Positions 51,318-64,000 of a DNA stretch of 64,000 bases are shown here, one piece after another. How positions within the stretch are numbered: position 1 is the stretch's first letter; each line of letters opens with the position of its first letter. The stretch lies in NCBI RefSeq assembly GCF_009914755.1, contig NC_060930.1, one strand, 5' to 3'. The translations under genes and the position numbers were made by a program. Under the pieces are notes generated by a model. That model was not told the DNA's origin and ran no database searches. It was given only the letters and a program-made list of their open reading frames with translations. The DNA is from the human T2T-CHM13v2.0 reference genome, Homo sapiens.

Positions 51318-53603
51318 TTATATGGTCTTGCTGTGTCCCCACCCTAATCTCATCTTGAATTGTAACTCCCACAATTCCCATGTGTCATGGGAGGAACCTG
51401 GTGGGAGGTGATTAAATGATGGGGGTGGGTCCTTCCCATGTTGTTCTCATGATAGTGAATAAGTCTTACAAGTTCTAATGGTTTTAAAAATAGGGGTTCC
51501 CTCCACAAGCTCTCTTTTCTTGTCTGCTGCCATTTGAAATGTGCCTTTCACCTTCCGCCATGATTGTGAGGCCTCCCCAGCCACAGGGAACTGTAAGTCC
51601 AATAAACCTCTTTCTTTCATAAATTGCCCAGTCTCAGGTATGTCTTTATCAGCAGCATGAAAAATGGACTAATACAGTAAATTGGTACCAGTAGACTGGG
51701 GTGCTGCTGAAAAGGTACTCAAAAATGTGGAAGCGATTTTGGAACTGGGTAACAGGCAAAGGTTGGGACAGTTTGGAGGTCTCAGAAGAAGACAGGAAAA
51801 TGTGGGAAAGTTTGGAACTCCCTAGAGACTTGCTGGATGGCTTTGACCAAAATGCTAATAATGATATGGACCATACAATCCAGGTTGAGGAGATGATGAA
51901 CTTGTTGGGAACTGGAGTAAGGTGACTCTTGCTATGTTTTAGCAAAGAAACTGGTGGTATTTTGCCCCTGCACAGAGATTTGTGGAACTTTGAATGTGAG
52001 AGAGATTTAGGGTATCTGGCAGAAGAAATTTTTAAGCAGAAAAGCATTCAAGAGGTGACTTGGGTGCTGTTAAAGGCATTCAGTTTTATAAGGGAAGCAG
52101 AGCATACAAGTTTGGAAAATTTGCAGCCTGACAATGCAATAGAAAAGAAAATTCCATTTTCTGAGGAGAAATTCAAGCCAGCTGCAGAAATTTGCATAAG
52201 TAATGAGGAGCCAAATGTTAACCCCCAAGACAATGGGGAAAATGTCTCCAGAGCATGTCAGAGGTTTTTATGGCAGCCCCCCCAATCACAGTTCCAGATG
52301 CTTAGAAGGAAAAAGTGATTTTGTGGGCAGGGCTCAGGGTCCCCATGCTGAGTGCAGTCTAGGGACTTGATGCCCTGTGTCCCAGCCACTCCAGCCTGGG
52401 CTGAAAGGGGCCAAGGCACAGCTTGGGCTGTGGCTTCAGAGGGTGAAGGCCTCAAGTCTTGGCAGCTTCCACCTGGTGTTTTGTTGAGCCTGCGAGTGCA
52501 CAGAAGTCAAGAACTGAGGTTTGGGAACCTCTGCCTAGATTTCAGAAGATATATGGAAATGCCTGGATGAACAGGCAGAAGTTTGCTGTAGGGACAGGGT
52601 CCTCATGGAGAACCTCTGCTAGGGCAGCGCAGAAGGGAAATGTGGGATGGGAGCCCCCATGCAGAGTCACTACTGTGGCACCGCCTAGTGGAGCTGTGAG
52701 AAGAGGGCCACTGACCTCCAGACCCCAGAATGATAGATCCACTGACAGCTTGCACCATGCACCTGGAAAATCCATAGATACTCAATTCCGGCCCACGAAA
52801 ACAGCCAGAAGGGAGGCTGTACCCTGCAAAGCTACAGGGGTGGAGCTGCCCAAGACCATGGGAACCCCTGTCATGCATCAGCGTGATCTGGATGAGAGAC
52901 ATGGAGTCAAAGGAGATCATTTTGGAGCTTTAAGATTTGACTGCCCTGCTGGATTTCTGGCTTGCATGGGGCCTGTAGCCCCTTGGTTTTGGCCAATTTC
53001 TCCTATTTGGAATGGCTGTATTTTCCCAGTGCCTGTACCCTCATTGTATCTAGGAAGTAGCTAACTTGCTTTTGATTTTATAGGCTCACAGGCAGAAGGG
53101 ACTTGCCTTGTCTCAGAGGAGACTTTGGACTGTGGATTTCTGAGTTAATGCTGAAATGAGTTAAGACTTTGGGCGGCTGTTGGGAGGGCACGATTGGTTT
53201 TGAAATGTGAGGACATGAGATTTGGGAGGGGCCAGAGGCAGAACGATATGGTTTTGCTGTGTCTCCACCCAAATCTCATCTTGAATTGTAGCTCCTGCTG
53301 TTCCCACATGTCGTGGGAGGAACCTGGTGGAAGATAATTGAATCATGGGGGTGGGTCTTTCCCATGCTGTTCTCATGATAGTGAATGAGTCTCATGGGAT
53401 CTCATAGTTTTAAAAATGGGAGTCTCCCTGCACAAGCTCTCTTCTCTTGTCTGCCGCCATGTGAGATGTGCCTTTCACCTTCCATCATGATTGTGAGGCC
53501 TCTCCAGCCACACGGAACTGTTAAGTCCAATAAACCTCCTTCTTTTGTACATTGCCCAGTCTCAGATATATCTTTATCAGCAGCACGAAAATGTACTAAT
53601 ACA
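51318..53603 (+). mobile_element. Full-length THE1 (THE1B/C-like) MaLR retrotransposon: 5'LTR 51318-51676, internal 51677-53243, 3'LTR 53244-53603
   Basis: Two homologous LTRs of about 360 bp ending ctaataca. Internal region begins gtaaattggtacca and ends with a purine-rich tract. ORFs 51929-52318 and 52459-53064 are decayed THE1-int frames. Confidence 0.95.
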
Positions 53604-53839
53604 CCCTACTATCCCACAGATGGCATGTGGCTTCCCATCTGTTTGTGCTCACCTAGCTCCTTCTCTCAATGAATCAGAAGACCCACTTTCCAAGGCTCCA
53701 TTCAAGTCTCCCTCCTTCCTAAAAGCTGTTCCTGACAAAACCAGTCTAGAGTTATTTTCTGTAAATGCTTGTTATTTAAGGCATTTATTTTGTATTTTCT
53801 CATAGGCTGTTTTGTATGGTTATTTAACTATGCCAAACT

Positions 53840-54285
53840 AGATGTTTAGAGATAAGGAATCAAACTGAAATCAAACCAGGCAAGAAGTACCTAGTTACTG
53901 ACATTTATTAGGGGTCTTAGGAATTGCAATTTGGGAGACATAAACTCAATATGACATTGAATTGTGTTCCTAAAGGAGGAAGGAGAGAGAAGGGTTTTAA
54001 AGAAGAAAGAAGGTGAAAGTTTAAAACATTACAAAAGTTGCTTTTCAAAAATCATGATTGGCTAGGGCATTGTAAAGTACATGAGTCCATACACAGCTGG
54101 CTGCAAGAGTGGTTGGCTAAATTAAGCAATGTTCCAGGGTGCTGTGGTCTTTGTGATTTGGACCAGTTCTAAAGTTCACAAGAAGTTCCAGGTACACCTG
54201 TCTGTGAATGTGCAGAAGTTTCTCAACAAAATGGCTCCAGGCTCCATTTTAGATGTTCTGAATCATAGCACAGCCATTTTGGAGA
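53840..54285 (-). mobile_element. Putative old ERV solo LTR (family uncertain)
   Basis: tttatt polyA signal on the minus strand followed by aggaattgcaatttgggagaca, plus CCAAT-like gattggct; LTR-like size. Confidence 0.4.
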
Positions 54286-54294
54286 TAAGATTTT

Positions 54295-54405
54295 ATGGGG
54301 AAAAAAAGTGGGATTTGGAGCCATCTGGGTTTGGGTTCAAATCCTGACTGTTACCTACCAGCTTTCACGACCATGGGTCCCTGCTAACTGATTTGTAAAG
54401 TGGGG
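54295..54405 (+). mobile_element. MIR fragment
   Basis: gtgggatttggagcca...gggttcaaatcctgactgttacctaccagct. Confidence 0.6.
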
Positions 54406-54407
54406 AT

Positions 54408-54905
54408 TTATTCAGAAAAACATTTACTGAATGCATACTATATCCCAGGTGTGCACACCAATGAACAAGACACACAAAGACTGTGAGAGAGATAGGCAAG
54501 TAAAACAGATTGTCAAGAGTTGCAAGCAATATTAAATGATTTTAAAAATAAAAACAGTTGATAACATAGTCACAGCAGAAAGAATCCACATTAGAGAAGG
54601 TGGTTGTAGAAGGCCTCTCTTTGAGGAAGATGATACTTTACCTGAAACTTGACTGACGTGTAAAGCCAGCCTTGCAAAGATGTGATGAGGAGTTGTTCAT
54701 GCAGGATAACTTAAGGCTTGAGATAGCCTGGTTTATTAGAGGAATAGAGAGAAGGCCAGTATGGGTAGTTGCTGAAGAAGGAGGCAGCATATCATGTGGG
54801 GATTTTAAGCAGTAATTAGGAGTTTGGGTTTTATTCTAGTTGCAATAAGAAGTCAATGAGAAGGGTAACAAGGCTCTCTGGCTGTTGGGGGTGTTGAATG
54901 GATTA
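54408..54905 (-). mobile_element. L2 3' region
   Basis: ttattcagaaaaacatttactgaatgcatactatatcccagg...gaaggcctctct..gaggaagatgatac...ggagtttgggttttattctag. Confidence 0.75.
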
Positions 54906-57299
54906 ACACAGAAAAGCTCGTGATACAATGCTTGATAGTTAACACTTTAACTGTTTAACATATTTTTATTCTGCTTTCATATGTGTTTTATTATTAAAAC
55001 TACATCATTAACTTCTCAAATACAGGGCCTATATATCATGCTATTGCATGCACAATGTGGCACTCTATGACACACATAACTTGATCAGGCTTGTTAGATG
55101 TGAGTGTTACCCCAGTGCACCACTAGGCAACAGCTTTTTCCATGCAGATGACTTGCACTGTTCTGAGTAATTCAGCTAAGCTGCCTGATTCTGCCCATTT
55201 AACATCATCTCATACACATGAGGCTATCTGATGAGTCTGTAATAACAACTTGCACACAGTGGAGTGTGTAAGCATGCATAATTCTCAGCTTGATCTATAT
55301 TTAATTACCATTCTGGAATAACATTCACTTTTGTATGATTATCTAAAAAAAAAAAAAGAACAACACAAGTATAAGGAATGAAGAATTTACTTAGCATTTT
55401 GGAAAGGGACTATCTTCAGAAAAGTTTTTTTTTTCTTTTTATTTGCCACACCATCTGCTTTTGAGATAAGCAGAACTAGTGAGTTCTCTATTGAGATACA
55501 TACTGTTACTTAGATTTTGAAGGTTTATTTCTTCTTAGAAATGCCAAGTGTTTAGATTTTTCTGTGCTTTATAGCATGTATTCTTTTTCTCTCTGACAGA
55601 ATAGAGATCAAGATAGAGACCCCTCTATCTGGGCTCCCTTGGTAAAGGTTTCTTCCTGAATGGAAGTCTCCCAAGAGGTATTTGTCACTGTTTCTATGCA
55701 TAAGAAGTAGGAAGATTTTTATATTTTTCCTTTGTATGTTCACATTCAGATCACTCACTCAGGGACATGCACTGATTTTTAAATTGTCTGCTGTTTGGAA
55801 TTAGAGATGCCTCTTGGGTTTTATGCAACTTCAAATCTGAGCCAATTCAGCTCCCCTTTGAATTGGTGGCCCTTTTTGTTGTTTATTCTCATTTTTTTCA
55901 TAGAAGGTCACCTTCAAATGATTAATAGGTGCACTAGCTTGAGCGTCAACACACATTTAAAAACATTTGTTTGATTTTCAGCCATCTAGCTCACTTTGGA
56001 AACAATCAATAGACAGGGTAAAACTTTAATAAGTTAAAGGCAACCCAGTATTTTGTATTATTCTGTTTTCCTCCTCTTAAGTCTTCAAGCTCCATATTTC
56101 CTTTCGACAAAAACATCAAATAAAGTCCAATAGTAAGAAAGTAGCAAAGAGACTAAATTAAAAGTATTCTTATTCCTTTGATATACTCAGTCTTTAATTT
56201 AAGTGTGATTTAATTTAACTTTTGTCTTCTAATGGCAATGGAAAATTCCTGGGGGAACAGATCATGGCATGTCCTCGTGTTTCCTCTACACTGCCAAGAA
56301 ACACATCGTAGATTGAATAGACACTCAACAAACACATAGTAAATTCAGTAGAATATTTTGAGACACTAGATTTGCATTGTTATTTGATGACTCCCTGCTG
56401 CAACTTAAAGCTTCATGATATTCCACTTGTGACAGTAATTAAACTATATTTAACTTCGGAGCCCTTGAATTTGGCATGCTGCAAGGATAGAGCACTAACA
56501 AGGCCTTATCTTATGCTGAGTACACTGCTGCATTTATGCTGTATAATTCAGGCCCTCCAGAAGAAAGTATATGTACTCCTTATTTTAAAGACTGAAGACT
56601 TCAAAAGTGAGAATGCAAATGAGGATAGCTTCATTTCGTTCCTCTTAAATCTGTGTAGTGCAGTACAGCGTTTTTTGAAGCCCTTTACTGAAGGTCACTC
56701 AGTGTGAGGCTAGTGATGTTTTGATGTCTAGAGCACTGACAGTTTTTCCTCTCCAAATTTTTGAAACAAAGCCTATAAGTGACAGTGAAACAAATTATAC
56801 TTTTCAGAGAAAAGGTTTCATGAAAATAAAAATATGATTCATTTCTCTCAGAGGTATTGTGATAGATTTTGACAAACCATTAGCCTGTATCTTTTTCTCA
56901 GAAGAATGGGGGTGAGTTCATGGCTGTTTGGGGAGAGGTTCTTTGGGCCACCGGTCCTCAATCCTTGCTTAATTCTTTGCACACTGAGAAACACTGTGTG
57001 GACAAGATTTCTTGCCCTAAACCTTGAACTGAGCCATGTACTCCTCCCAAATCAGCTTCCCTTAATACAGTTTTGGATCTACATGCATGAACTCCTCCTA
57101 CATAATTACTATATTTGTTGACACGTGTTGAAATTGAAAAGGGAGAGGTAGATGATGTATATTTAACATTTTGACCTGTGGACTCTGATGCGTAATATTT
57201 CTACATCGAGAATTTGGAAAAGATGATCTCATTTATTAAAAACAGTTATGCTGTTAGGAGCATTGTTTTTAGATTTCAGAATAGAATACTAATGGTTGT

Positions 57300-57825
57300 T
57301 TAGAATCTATTAAATAGGCAAAAAACTTTAAATAATCAATACTCAAAGTTACAAAGAGTTTGAAGATGGTATTCTTGTATATTGATGATATTATTGCTTT
57401 TCTAATAATTGGAAATCAAACTGGGATTTGTTCTAAAATTAAAAATGTGTATAATCTTTTCCCAGGAATTCCATTTTCTGAGGAAATAACTGAAATTATG
57501 GAGAAAACTATAAGCATGAACAAACTGTGTGAGGTGTTACGTGCAATTGCAAAACCAAACCAAATCAAAATCCAAATAAATAATAGTTGTAGAATGATTA
57601 TGAAAATTAAGATGCCTTCACTCAGTTGTATATTATGAGGCCTTCAAAATCATGGTAAATTGGTATCATAAACATGGTAAAACTGTTTATTGTACAATAG
57701 TAAGTAAAAGCAGGCTGATTTTCAAATTGTATTATTCTAATACTATAAGCATCAGACTGGATAGAAAGGAATGTATTAAAATTATAATATTAGTTGTGTT
57801 TGGGTGATGGGGTTATTCATTTATT
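57300..57825 (+). mobile_element. Old L1ME 3' fragment
   Basis: cccaggaattccattttctg..gaaataactgaa...tagttgtgtttgggtgatgggg. Confidence 0.5.
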
Positions 57826-58199
57826 CATCCAACAAATAGACTATATAAACTACATATATTTTCATTTAATTCTTGTAAGAGCTCTGCAAATTTGCATTGC
57901 TATCCCCATTTTAAGGATCAAAAATACACAAATAATAAGAAATTTAGATTAGATGTTTAGTGTTCAAGTTTGTTGTTCAGTGATCATTCCAATACTGTGG
58001 ATATAAGGTTTATCAAAGGCTTACCTAAGGACTACAGGACATGAAAATTCTTTCAAACAACCCAGAAAATCTACACTTTCAGATACTAAGATTATAGTTC
58101 AGGTCAAAAATCTGATTGAGACAATTGCTATTTGAGAGAGAAAACTGAGTAACCTCCTTCAAACCTACAGATTTGAAAAGTAATTGCTTTTGACTTTAG

Positions 58200-58286
58200 G
58201 TATGTTATTTTGTTTCTCTATAGTTCAATTTCCTCATCTTAAAATGCTCATAAGAATCACAGGGCTGTTTTGAGGATTAAATGCAT

Positions 58287-58319
<33 letters not shown>

Positions 58320-58462
58320 CATATACTATACATGTACTATATAGTACATATGGAATATTTGTAAATATAGACTTCATATATAAAATATTATATATGTATA
58401 GTCTCTCACACCAGAGCAGTGCTTGACACATAGCATGTTCTCAACACGTGGCAGCTAGTATT
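58200..58462 (+). mobile_element. MIR interrupted by a (CA)n/(TA)n tract
   Basis: caatttcctcatcttaaaatg...gggctgttttgaggattaaatg [repeat] agagcagtgcttgacacatagcatgttctcaa. Confidence 0.75.
58287..58400. repeat. (CA)n followed by TA-rich microsatellite
   Basis: Directly visible. Confidence 0.9.
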
Positions 58463-58679
58463 GCAATTCTGTTGCTCTAGTTGTAACTTTACTTTATAGT
58501 ATGCTATGCACTACCATTCTTTATTCAATATTTCTTGATTAAATTATCTGCTTATTCCTCAAATTAACTTCAGTCCTAACTGCCAAATTTCATTTTAAAA
58601 ACTGGGAGTTAAGCTATGGAGCTGTTAAAATACTGTTTTAACAACTCTATACCTTAATTACATAAATATATAATTTTTT

Positions 58680-61160
<2,481 letters not shown>

Positions 61161-61186
61161 ATACATTTATTTATTTATTTTTTATT

Positions 61187-61503
61187 CTTTTTTTCTTCTT
61201 TTCTTTTTTTTTTTTTTTTTTTGAGTCGGAGTCTCACTCTGTTGCCCAGGCTGGAGTGCAGTGGTGCGATCTCCGCTCACTGCAAGCTCCACTTCCTGGG
61301 TTCACGCCATTCTCCTGCCTCAGCCTCCTGAGTAGCTGGGACTACAGGCGCCCACCACGACGCCCAGCTAATTTTTTGTATTTTTAGTAGAGACAAGGTT
61401 TCACCGTGTTAGCCAGGATGGCCTGGATCTCCTGATCTCGTGATCCACCCGCCTCGGCCTCCCAAAGTACTGGGATTACAGGCGTGAACCACTGTGCCCG
61501 GCC
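61187..61503 (-). mobile_element. AluY inserted in the tail of the L1PA
   Basis: AluY-type positions. Perfect 15-bp TSD tatttattttttatt at 61172-61186 and 61504-61518. Confidence 0.95.

Positions 61504-64000
<2,497 letters not shown>

Noticed and set aside
51649-53376. Dense overlapping ORFs up to 201 aa
   Set aside because: All lie in the THE1 internal region/LTRs, which are GC-richer and stop-poor; fragmented.

Overview
This is AT-rich, CpG-poor primate (human-like) non-coding DNA, recognisable from AluJ/S/Y, L1PA and THE1 elements. Much of it is transposable-element debris: a near full-length Tigger1 interrupted by an L1PA, several L1PA/PB/M pieces, eight Alus, a two-LTR THE1 element, solo LTRs (THE1D, MLT1, LTR16, MER61-like), and many MIR/L2/L3 relics. 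I found no intact protein-coding gene, tRNA, rRNA or CRISPR array. The long ORFs in the track are decayed L1 ORF2, Tigger1 transposase, THE1-internal or Alu-derived frames. I do not see a convincing new multi-gene system. The best leads are mechanistic or regulatory: (1) an Alu whose body is inverted relative to its target-site/poly(T) geometry (twin-priming-like); (2) a cluster of templated inverted micro-duplications; (3) a tail-less, TSD-less internal L1 fragment; (4) three plus-strand exon-like segments with strong splice sites that might belong to a spliced lncRNA; (5) a few motif-dense unique segments that may be enhancers. Repeat subfamily names come from my recollection of consensus sequences. 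Boundaries of old repeats are approximate (+/-20-50 bp), and RepeatMasker/Dfam would be decisive.
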